Positions 18,310 to 26,697 of a stretch of 64,000 nucleotides of DNA are shown one piece after another. The DNA comes from an uncultured virus (IMG/VR IMGVR_UViG_3300003319_000181). Taxonomy: Duplodnaviria; Heunggongvirae; Uroviricota; Caudoviricetes. The number at the start of each line of letters is the position of its first letter. Within the stretch, counting starts at the first letter, position 1. Location of the stretch: the IMG/VR virus record IMGVR_UViG_3300003319_000181, one strand, 5' to 3'. A program made the position numbers and the translations under genes. Under the pieces are notes generated by a model. The model was not told the origin of the DNA. It ran no database searches and was given only the letters and a program-made list of their open reading frames with translations.

Positions 18310-19046
18310 CACTGCGCTTGTGCGGCCAGAACAGGCCCCGGCATGGAGACCGGGGAAACGCTCGTAAACCCTGAACGTATCCCCTGCAACGTTTCGCTAA
18401 ACGCCTGCCTCGCCTGCGCGGCCTGCTGAGAAAACTCGTCATCACGAAACAGCATGCTGACCGTCCCGCTCACGTAAGCCTCCTCCAGCGTGTCCGCCAG
18501 CAGGAGAGGGCCGTTTGCTTCAATAGCGGTCTTCTGTGCATCCCCATTGTAGACACAGACCTGAATAAGAACTCCGGGCGCGGGCCTCGTGTGGATGATG
18601 GTGTCGCCATTGATGGAATAAAGGTAGACGGGAATCTTCCAGTAAGCGGAACTCTTCAGGCGGCGGCGTATCTCCTGTGGCGGTGCAGATGTGCAGACTA
18701 TCGTCGGGTCTTCCGCGTCCAGCACCGCGCCGTAGATACCGATTACCTTGACATCGTTCTCGTCTACGCCTGGGATAGTGGAGCCTGTCGGCAAAGGCTC
18801 CGTAACGCTCAGCAATGGCTTTCTGAGCGATTGATTGCCTGTCTCCGCAATGACCTCCGCAATCCGCTCCTCGGCCAGCCTGACGGCGTCCTGAATGCTC
18901 GTGAAGGGGAAGATGGTCGAACCGTACTGCGCCGACGTTTGGGGCGAGACGTTGTAGTTGGTCTGAAGCGTGGACGCGACGGGGCCAATGATCGCGTTGA
19001 CGCGAAGCCCCGACTGTCTCACGATGTAGTTGTACGTCAGTGCCAT
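18309..19046 (-). CDS. Putative head-tail/neck protein
   Basis: Translationally coupled late gene. Confidence 0.5.
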   Translation of the reverse strand: MALTYNYIVRQSGLRVNAIIGPVASTLQTNYNVSPQTSAQYGSTIFPFTSIQDAVRLAEERIAEVIAETGNQSLRKPLLSVTEPLPTGSTIPGVDENDVKVIGIYGAVLDAEDPTIVCTSAPPQEIRRRLKSSAYWKIPVYLYSINGDTIIHTRPAPGVLIQVCVYNGDAQKTAIEANGPLLLADTLEEAYVSGTVSMLFRDDEFSQQAAQARQAFSETLQGIRSGFTSVSPVSMPGPVLAAQAQ

Positions 19047-19817
19047 CTAGCCCCACCAAGTCCCATCCATACTCCCCCTACGAACGGTGATACCGGGGTC
19101 GTTAGTGCTCCTGATGAAGCGGTCGAAGTCGTCCTCATATTTCTGTCTCATCGGTGCCTGCGCAGCGGCGATTTCTTTCCTCCGATTGCTGTTCGCCTTT
19201 CGGCCTTCTTCGGTACCCTCGTCAAACCATGCTGCATGCGCCAAGAGCAGTTCGACTGCATCCATTTCAATCAAGGGATGGAACTGTGCCAGCAGTGGAC
19301 TGTCGGTTATCGAAGCATCTTCGGCCCACGATCCTTGCGAGAAGCAGACAATATAGGTAGCCGGAAGTTGAGGAGTTGGTAGCACTCTCACCCACACGTT
19401 AGGGTCATCAGGCTTGCGGTAAAAGGCGATTCGCGCCGCCGTGTTTGGGCTTCCGTCCCAGTTAAAAACGTAACTCGCAACATTTGCGGGAAGGCCCCAG
19501 TCGTAATAGAGGTCGTTGATTTCGGAGAAGTCCACATACCTCGGGATGAAAGCCTGATTCTGGCTGTAGGACGTAATCACCGAAAGGGGCTTTCCAAAAC
19601 TTGAGTTAACCGGTAGCGTGTAATCTGCCGTATTGGGCGTAACGTTTAATTGACACTCCTGAATCGACCATGCCTTCCCCGTGGCAGAACTCCGGTTCAC
19701 TCTCGCCTGTGCTGAGTCGGTCACGGCACGAAAGGTATGGCGCAAAGACGGGAATTGAGGGAGCGGGTCGTTAAGTCGCTCCCTCGCGCTATTCGCCATC
19801 TGTTGCAGCGTCGGCAA
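19047..19817 (-). CDS. Phage adaptor / tail tubular A-like protein
   Basis: TPNTADYTLP, VLPTP, SPLLAQFHPLI motifs; GGAGGAG RBS with TTG at 19817. Confidence 0.6.
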   Translation of the reverse strand: MPTLQQMANSARERLNDPLPQFPSLRHTFRAVTDSAQARVNRSSATGKAWSIQECQLNVTPNTADYTLPVNSSFGKPLSVITSYSQNQAFIPRYVDFSEINDLYYDWGLPANVASYVFNWDGSPNTAARIAFYRKPDDPNVWVRVLPTPQLPATYIVCFSQGSWAEDASITDSPLLAQFHPLIEMDAVELLLAHAAWFDEGTEEGRKANSNRRKEIAAAQAPMRQKYEDDFDRFIRSTNDPGITVRRGSMDGTWWG

Positions 19818-19818
19818 C

Positions 19819-20859
19819 CTACTCCTCCAAACCTGCCTCACGGCGCAAACGCTTCCACGTCTGCGGGTGTACCCCCTCGGGCCGCTCGCCCGCCAAGTCG
19901 TAACTCGGTTGTGCCGCGCCCCGCTCCCGCTCCAGTTCCGCGATGCGCTGCTCGGCCAGCGCCAGTTTTCTCCCCAACTCAACCGCCTCTTCAACGCTGA
20001 TTCCGGCCCCGCCCACCGGTCTCTGCACCGCGTCCCTGACCGTCGTCGCCAACTCCTGATTCATCGCGGCGAGCGTGGCGAAGGGCTGGTCTTGCGGCTG
20101 GATTTCCAGTTGCGCCAGAAGAAGTCTTCCCAGAGGGGAATAGGTGTAGACGTGACCCTGCGGGTGGGTGCCCTGCTTGAGTTGCGTATGCTCGATGTCG
20201 AGTTTAGCGAGTGCCCACAGGGAGAACTCCTCACAGGAGAGGAGCCATTCCTCCTTGTACTGGCCCACGTCAACGGGAAGAATCTGGTTGACGCGCCCCT
20301 GCCGTATCTGCTCACGAAGCCCTCGCAGCGTCGGCTCAATGCCATCGCCGAAGAAGGCCATTTCAATGATGTCCAGAATCCCTGTCTCGTCCGCGTTGTG
20401 GCACTCCTCCCACTTGCGGCCGATGAGGGACTTGAGTTCGACGACGCCCTTGGAGATACCGCCGTTACCGTTATCGTTCTGAGAGCGGTTGAGGATGTTC
20501 GAGACAGCATCGGCCGGGTAGGCGGGGATGTAGGGAATGGGCGACTTAACTTCGACGCCTCCCACGCTCATCCCCTGCCAGACTCCTCCGCCAACGTTCT
20601 GCAAATGCTCGGCGGGCATGTGGTCGGCCCCCATCTCGACGAACGCCGCCACGCCCCGGGGGATGAATCCCCGCCCGTACTTCTGAAGACAGGGTGAGTT
20701 CGTCTCTTCCCCGCCGGGGGCGAGCCAGTCGATCTGCTGCTTGCGTTTGGGTTCGATGACATCGCCCGCGAAGGCGAGCCAGCGCACCGTCTCCCGGCCG
20801 ACTATCTTCGTATCGAAAAATTGAACCGACGGCTGAACCTGCGGTCTGACTGCTGACAT
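19819..20859 (-). CDS. Hypothetical late protein
   Basis: 346-aa ORF with AAGGAG RBS. Confidence 0.65.
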   Translation of the reverse strand: MSAVRPQVQPSVQFFDTKIVGRETVRWLAFAGDVIEPKRKQQIDWLAPGGEETNSPCLQKYGRGFIPRGVAAFVEMGADHMPAEHLQNVGGGVWQGMSVGGVEVKSPIPYIPAYPADAVSNILNRSQNDNGNGGISKGVVELKSLIGRKWEECHNADETGILDIIEMAFFGDGIEPTLRGLREQIRQGRVNQILPVDVGQYKEEWLLSCEEFSLWALAKLDIEHTQLKQGTHPQGHVYTYSPLGRLLLAQLEIQPQDQPFATLAAMNQELATTVRDAVQRPVGGAGISVEEAVELGRKLALAEQRIAELERERGAAQPSYDLAGERPEGVHPQTWKRLRREAGLEE

Positions 20860-20870
20860 GAACTCTCCTT

Positions 20871-21722
20871 TTAGCTAAACCACGTCTTCTCGGTCGGCAC
20901 CCGCCTTCGGGCCTCCCTCAAAGCCATCAAGGCGTTGGCCGGGACGATGCTCGCGCCGTGGGTGTTGACCTCATCCTTGTACTGCCGTCTCAAGTCGTCC
21001 CGTTTGGAGACTTGAGCATCCGTTGCCTGTTGAAGTCCCCAGCGTGAGGCTTCCAGTAGCGCCGCCTCTGACAGTTCTTCGTGGGGACTCAGTTCCGCCT
21101 CCTTGTCTCTAGCCCTGACGGCGCGAGCCAGTGTCTCCAGCTCCGTCTCGTCAGGCTCTTTGTATCTCCCGTAGCAAATCTCGCGAGACGCCTTCCAGAG
21201 CCTTGCGCAGCACCGCCCGTTCTTCTTATGCTTGGCGATGATGCCTATCCCCGCTAACGCCAGATACCACCCTTCACGAGGGGCGGGGCCGTGGACATCG
21301 CGGCGCGTGCAGGACTGAGACGGAACTATCAGGCCCAGAGATTCGGCCTGACATTTCCGGCACGAGAGAGGGTCGTGGACGTAGCGCACCGCGTCCCAAC
21401 TCCTCGCGTACTGACCCGGCTCGAACCTCTCTTCCAGCACCCACCTTGGGGGACTGATGTCCACGTACTCATCGAAGGGAAGTTCAATGGTAAGCGCCCG
21501 GTATTTCTGCCGGAACTCGCCCTTAGTGGCGTTACCGAACTCGTCCCATTCGAAGTTCTCCCACCTTCGGCACTCCCACGCCCACTTGAGACGGACGATG
21601 GGCGCGCCGGAGGCGGAGAGTCCGACGATGCGATTTAAACGCTCTTGGTAGGCCGCGACATCGAAAGTGGGGGGCTTCCAGATGCCTTTGGCCGTCCAGC
21701 CTTTAGGGTCGTTGTAGTTCAT
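20871..21722 (-). CDS. Hypothetical late protein
   Basis: 283-aa ORF abutting the upstream gene. Confidence 0.65.
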   Translation of the reverse strand: MNYNDPKGWTAKGIWKPPTFDVAAYQERLNRIVGLSASGAPIVRLKWAWECRRWENFEWDEFGNATKGEFRQKYRALTIELPFDEYVDISPPRWVLEERFEPGQYARSWDAVRYVHDPLSCRKCQAESLGLIVPSQSCTRRDVHGPAPREGWYLALAGIGIIAKHKKNGRCCARLWKASREICYGRYKEPDETELETLARAVRARDKEAELSPHEELSEAALLEASRWGLQQATDAQVSKRDDLRRQYKDEVNTHGASIVPANALMALREARRRVPTEKTWFS

Positions 21723-22493
21723 TTACCCGATGACCCTGTAGGCGATGTAGAAAACGCCGGTGCCCGTCCCTGTGATGAACGGAGCCGTGGCATTGGTCAC
21801 AATCACGGGGGCGTTGGCGGTCAGGGTGAGCGATGCCTCAATGCCGGCGACGTTCGTGAACGAAACGGTCGTGCCGGCGGCTGTCACTACCGCTGCCGCG
21901 ATGTCCGCCGTCACCTTCGTGCCCGACCCGTCCGTGTAGCGGAACTCCAAGGCCCCGCCGTTGGCGTAGGCCGTCCCCGATGGGGAGAACTTCAGGGCCA
22001 AGTCCATCACGCGGATGGCCTTACCCGACCCCGGGGCCGCAATCAAAGAGACGGGCGTCGCGCTCAGGGCGAGTATCTGCGCTGAACTGAGCGGAACCAC
22101 GGTCGTCAGGATGCCGCCCGCGCCCGCCACCGAACGGTTGAAGGCCGTCCAGCCCGTCCCGTCAGACCAGAGCATCGCGTTCTGTCCCGGCGCGAGGCTG
22201 AGCACACCGTCGGTCGTCCCGTTGATCTGCTCACCCGAGGCGGGGGCGATGGAGAGATTGGCGGTCGAAGAGGGGGAGTTGAAGATGTAGACGATACCTC
22301 TACCCGTTCCTCTGGCTACACCCTGACCTGAGCCGATGGAGTAGCCCGCGAACTGCTGGCTGGCCGAGTAGAGAGTAAGAGTTGCGGCAGCGGTCAGCGT
22401 GGCTACTACCGTGTCGTAGGCGGTGGCGCTCGAAAGCGTGGTGCTGCTCGTGATGGGCAGCGTGACTTGGTTGGGCGTGAATCCTGTGCTCAT
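21723..22493 (-). CDS. Capsid decoration / fibre-like protein
   Basis: Follows the capsid gene; EQING..LWSDGTGW and LIAAPGSGKAI motifs. Confidence 0.6.
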   Translation of the reverse strand: MSTGFTPNQVTLPITSSTTLSSATAYDTVVATLTAAATLTLYSASQQFAGYSIGSGQGVARGTGRGIVYIFNSPSSTANLSIAPASGEQINGTTDGVLSLAPGQNAMLWSDGTGWTAFNRSVAGAGGILTTVVPLSSAQILALSATPVSLIAAPGSGKAIRVMDLALKFSPSGTAYANGGALEFRYTDGSGTKVTADIAAAVVTAAGTTVSFTNVAGIEASLTLTANAPVIVTNATAPFITGTGTGVFYIAYRVIG

Positions 22494-22561
22494 CGAATCT
22501 CCTTAACTCCGTGCCGAGCCGGAGAGGTGAGTGGGGGCGCGAGGGCCGCCCCCGTTAGTGG

Positions 22562-23836
22562 TTAGCCCGCGCTGACCGAGGTCGCGTAGGGCAGTTGCGC
22601 TCTCTGGATGAACGCCGTGCTCCTCGGACTCAAGTTGGCGGCGTTGCCCTTCCAGCCAATCGCCGAACTATAATTATCTGAACCCGTCCCATTCGCGCCG
22701 AGCAGCATCCGCTGTTGAAGTCCGTCGCGGTTGTACTTGCCGAACTTCTTCTGCTCGTACATCTTCATCTGCGAGGTCTGCGCGAAGTACACGCGGTCAT
22801 CGTCCATGTCAGACGCGCAGATGAAGCGGGTGTCCCCGTCCGTGTAGTCCCCTTGGACGCCCTTCATCGTCTCCCCACCCTCCTGATTGCGGATGTAGTA
22901 GGAGAGGTTGTAGCCCTGCTTTTTGATGGTGGAGTATTGACCAAACGTCAGAAAGGCGGTCAGGTTGTTCTTCGAGTCGGCCGCGTTGTTTCTGGTCTGC
23001 AAGAGCGCCTTGGTGTTTTCAATTGCCGCCGGGGTCAGGAGTGCTCCGGCGAGGTCAACGCCCGGCGCGTTCAGGTCGGGGAACTGTGCAGTTGAGAGAC
23101 CCTGCAAGACTCTCGACTGGTTGCTGATGAGCCAGCCCAGACCCCGCATCGCCATCTGGTAGGCTCCGACCGAGACGATGGGGTCGCCCGAGGAGATGGT
23201 GCCGCTCGTCAGGTTAATCGTGCAGGAGGTCGCACCCTGAGTCGTGACGGTAAACGTCCCCCGGACGGTCGCGGTCGCGGTGTTGATGGCCTGAAACGTC
23301 CAGCCCTGCCAGAGTCGTGTGGCCCCCTTGGTCTGGCCCGGCGTCGTCGCCGCGGCCGTGGTGCAGGTGAGCGTCTGAGACCCCAGAGACGAGATGTTCG
23401 AAGCCGAGTAGGCGAGAGCGCCGGAGCCGTCACCGTAGAAGTACTGCTCAAGACGCTTCTGGGCCGTCTCCGAATACTTCGTCATGATGTCTTCGTAGCT
23501 CTCGATATTGTCCTCGGTGTCGTTCTCCATTGACTCGATGGCCGAGCCAGTCCAGAGCATCGGGAAGGCGTACATGGTGGGGTAGACCCACATGCTGACG
23601 GTCTGCATGGGGCCGGCGGCGTTGAAATCTGAATTGGTGGGGACGAACCACGTCTCCCCCGAAGGACGGGTAGAGTAGTTGGGGAGCCTGTAGCCCTTCT
23701 CGGTCAGGGCCGGTTTATCGACGGCCTTCCCGAAGGCTTTCATGCCGGGGTCGTTGTTCTCGTAGAACTCCCGGGCTTTCTTCTCGACGGCCTGACGCTT
23801 CAGGTCGGTGATGTTATTGAATTCGACTGCGGGCAT
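22562..23836 (-). CDS. Major capsid protein (HK97 fold, P22-coat-like)
   Basis: 424 aa directly after the scaffold; YFYGDGSGALA and MRGLGWLI..VLQGL motifs; AGGAG RBS. Confidence 0.8.
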   Translation of the reverse strand: MPAVEFNNITDLKRQAVEKKAREFYENNDPGMKAFGKAVDKPALTEKGYRLPNYSTRPSGETWFVPTNSDFNAAGPMQTVSMWVYPTMYAFPMLWTGSAIESMENDTEDNIESYEDIMTKYSETAQKRLEQYFYGDGSGALAYSASNISSLGSQTLTCTTAAATTPGQTKGATRLWQGWTFQAINTATATVRGTFTVTTQGATSCTINLTSGTISSGDPIVSVGAYQMAMRGLGWLISNQSRVLQGLSTAQFPDLNAPGVDLAGALLTPAAIENTKALLQTRNNAADSKNNLTAFLTFGQYSTIKKQGYNLSYYIRNQEGGETMKGVQGDYTDGDTRFICASDMDDDRVYFAQTSQMKMYEQKKFGKYNRDGLQQRMLLGANGTGSDNYSSAIGWKGNAANLSPRSTAFIQRAQLPYATSVSAG

Positions 23837-23845
23837 ACTCTTCTC

Positions 23846-25303
23846 CTAAGCAGTGAGTCCCGCCGCGTTCGTCAACCCGTACTCCCGGTCAATCTTTCGA
23901 TTGAACTCCCGATACTCGGGAGTTCCCAACTGGTAGGGGTTCGCCTCGTAAGGATTCCCCGAGCCATTGGTAGGCTGAACGGTTCCCGTGGGGACGACGC
24001 GGGCGGTAGCCGCGCTCAAGTTGGAAGCAGTCGTCTGACTGGCGGTCTGTAAGCGGTTGGCGGTCGGGTCGGCGAGCGCAAGCGCGTACTCGTTCAGTTT
24101 GGTGTTCAGTTGCGCTTTCGCGAGGTTGGCCTCCGAGAGTGCCAACCTCGCGCGCATCTGGTCGCCTGAACGGGTGAACCGGATGTACGCCTCGCGGCTC
24201 CCGGCGAACGCGTTGACGAGCTCGTCGAACTTGGGGTCTAAGGGAGTCCCGGCCTCCTTTAGTGCCTCTTCTGCCGTCCACCTGATTTCGGGGATGAGCA
24301 GGGAGGCGAGTGCCCCCATGACCTTCCGGTATTCCGCCTGACTGACCTTCTCGTCGGTTGACGGCTTCCACTGTGCGGCTAAGGTCTTGTGGATGGAGTC
24401 GTACATCTCCCGCCTGACGCCGGAAATATCCTCGTTGACAGCCTGCGTCGTGGCGCGCTCAAACTCCTGCTGCTGAGCCTGTCGTTCCGCTTGTTGACGC
24501 TGACTGTCCTGTTCACGCCACTTCCGGGCATCCATCGCTTCAGCCTTGTCCTGCAAGTAGTCCATGACGGTCGCCGGGTACTGCCCGTCCGTCTGTCTCT
24601 GGTACAGGATGTCCTCTCGCTGAGCCGGTGAAAGAGCCTTGAAAGCTTCGTGATACTTCGGGTCTATTCCTGCCAGTTGATCGGGAGTCACGACCCCCGC
24701 GGGTGCGCGTGAGTCAATCGCCTTGTAGTCGTCAACCCGGTCGGGGTCTAACCCGATGGAGCGGAACCAGTGGCGGGCGAGCGTATCCTTTCGTCCGTTC
24801 TCATCCTCAACGACGAACCCCAGCCCGTCGAAGGTCAGTTGCGACACCGTGCCCGGACTCTGGGTTTCGAGGTCTTGGAGGAAAGGAGTAGAAGTGAACG
24901 CGCCCGGCACGGTGTTACCCGTCGGGTCAACTACAGGGGAGTGAATCTTGCTGACGAGTTCCCGCTGAGAGACGACTTCGGAAGGGTCGGCGAACCTGCT
25001 CGCCACGTCCTTCCACGCCATCAGCGGTTCCGTTTCAGCTTTGTGCGCTTCGTAGGCCGTGCGGAGACGAAGAAGGCCGTCGGCGTAAGGCGTTTTCTGT
25101 TCCGCCTGCTGCTTCAGGGTTTCAACGTCGGGAAGACCCTCAAGAGGGTCATCCTGCCCGGCCTGTGCCTGCTGTCCTTCCGCGCCTGTGACGCCGGCCT
25201 GCGGTTGAGCGGAAGGCTCCACAGCGGATGACGAGTCCGCCCCACCCGCGGGTGTACTGCCTGGAGAATCGGCAGTCGGTACGTCTAAGACTTCTGTTTC
25301 CAT
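23846..25303 (-). CDS. Capsid scaffolding protein (putative)
   Basis: Acidic disordered N-terminus, helical Q/A/E-rich body, immediately upstream of the capsid gene. Confidence 0.7.
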   Translation of the reverse strand: METEVLDVPTADSPGSTPAGGADSSSAVEPSAQPQAGVTGAEGQQAQAGQDDPLEGLPDVETLKQQAEQKTPYADGLLRLRTAYEAHKAETEPLMAWKDVASRFADPSEVVSQRELVSKIHSPVVDPTGNTVPGAFTSTPFLQDLETQSPGTVSQLTFDGLGFVVEDENGRKDTLARHWFRSIGLDPDRVDDYKAIDSRAPAGVVTPDQLAGIDPKYHEAFKALSPAQREDILYQRQTDGQYPATVMDYLQDKAEAMDARKWREQDSQRQQAERQAQQQEFERATTQAVNEDISGVRREMYDSIHKTLAAQWKPSTDEKVSQAEYRKVMGALASLLIPEIRWTAEEALKEAGTPLDPKFDELVNAFAGSREAYIRFTRSGDQMRARLALSEANLAKAQLNTKLNEYALALADPTANRLQTASQTTASNLSAATARVVPTGTVQPTNGSGNPYEANPYQLGTPEYREFNRKIDREYGLTNAAGLTA

Positions 25304-25324
25304 ACGGTTTGACGAGAACCCGGT

Positions 25325-25585
25325 ACGTCCAAAAGAAAAAGCCGCCAAGTGTCGGCGGCGGTTCAAGGGTGATGCCCTTGAAGGCTACTGACAGTTGGCG
25401 GCGTTGAGAGGTGATGCCCCTCAGAGACCGTCGGTTTATTTAGTTGTGACCCTGCTTGTTAGACTCTGCTAAGTTCGGAGAGTGGACGGGGTTCCAAAGG
25501 GTCTCAATCTTTTCCCCCCGCCCTCTCCGGTTGATAACCGAGACGCTTTCCGCGTGACGGCTTCGGCAACCGCATACTATCACAA
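25325..25585 (-). promoter_or_regulatory. Promoter and structured leader/attenuator of the scaffold-capsid operon
   Basis: TGaTAGTAT extended -10 near 25582-25574; two hairpins with GGGCATCACC cores; GCCGCCAA/TTGGCGGC stem plus U-run. Confidence 0.6.
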
Positions 25586-25809
25586 TTCTCTTTACACAAC
25601 ACACTACTTTTTACCAAACCCTCTCTCCCGCTCCAACCTCGCTTTCATCCGGCACACAAAGCGGTACAGCCCTTCAGCCGTCTCGTCGTCACCGTGAATA
25701 ACGAAGTGCTCCACCCACCCCACGGCGTTCTCTTTGAGGAGGCGGTCGCTACTCTGCGCCGCGCTCTCCGTGGAGCATCGGGGGAATGAAGCGATGTTGG
25801 GAGTTGCGC

Positions 25810-26064
25810 TCACAATACCCTCCGCGCTCTGGAAAGGATGCTCGCCGTTACGTCCAATGCGGCCAACTCCTGACAAGCACCCTTTGTTACGCACTCACCT
25901 GAAGCAGCATTCTCGCTCGCCGCTTGTCGGCAGTAATCAATTGAGTCCCAGTTGTCATCATCTAAAACTAGGTGCCAACAGCATCCTGCACCATGATGGG
26001 CGTAGATGCGGGAGATAAGTTCTGCCGCTCGCGGGCTTACGTTTTGTCGTTTCGGTGCGCTCAT
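25810..26064 (-). CDS. Hypothetical protein
   Basis: AGCCWHLVLDDDN motif; ATGA overlap with the upstream gene. Confidence 0.6.
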   Translation of the reverse strand: MSAPKRQNVSPRAAELISRIYAHHGAGCCWHLVLDDDNWDSIDYCRQAASENAASGECVTKGACQELAALDVTASILSRARRVL

Positions 26065-26270
26065 AGCATTACATGATTGATAAAGATACGGGCGTACCGC
26101 TTACCCTGCGCTTTAGCTTGCTCGGTCGCTTCGTCAATGGCCTTGCGGAGCCATTCGTAGTCAAGCGGCGCTCTGCTCATAGAGACGCTGATAGTCACCG
26201 TGTCTTCCGGCTGAAACCAGACTTCAACGTGCGTGCCGGGAGTCGGTAGGTCTGTAGTGGGTTCGCTCAT
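26061..26270 (-). CDS. Hypothetical protein
   Basis: ATGA overlaps on both sides. Confidence 0.6.
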   Translation of the reverse strand: MSEPTTDLPTPGTHVEVWFQPEDTVTISVSMSRAPLDYEWLRKAIDEATEQAKAQGKRYARIFINHVML

Positions 26271-26512
26271 ACCTTCTTCGTTACCAACTGGCGCAGGTGC
26301 GCGTTGAAGTGCCTCCCGCTGGAATCTTTAGTCTGAAACGTATCTTTGAACGCCTTCCACTGTTCAGGTGAAATCTTCCCCTTGTACGTGCCGCTCTTCA
26401 TCGTGACGGTGCAGACGCCCGTCTTCGCGTCGTAGCGGGCGTGGGTGAGCCATGATGATTTGATAGGGTATGGCTCTATCCCTACCTGCTGTTTGCTATT
26501 GGCACCCGGCAA
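26267..26512 (-). CDS. KTSC domain protein
   Basis: IKSSWLTHARYD..TVTMKSGTY..SSGRHFNAHLR matches the KTSC consensus. Confidence 0.75.
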   Translation of the reverse strand: MPGANSKQQVGIEPYPIKSSWLTHARYDAKTGVCTVTMKSGTYKGKISPEQWKAFKDTFQTKDSSGRHFNAHLRQLVTKKV

Positions 26513-26697
26513 AATGTTTCCCCGATCTTATCCGCCAAAGGTCTTGGTATAATGGCGACGCTCTCTTGGCTTCGCTTTTGTTCACAAAGATTGACGAAAT
26601 TTCCATCCTGCCGCAGTACCTCATAGACCGTTCTGGCAGGCCGTGTTATCCCGTCGCTTCGCCTCAGCGGCACTAGCCATGTAACCAGCGCACCCAT

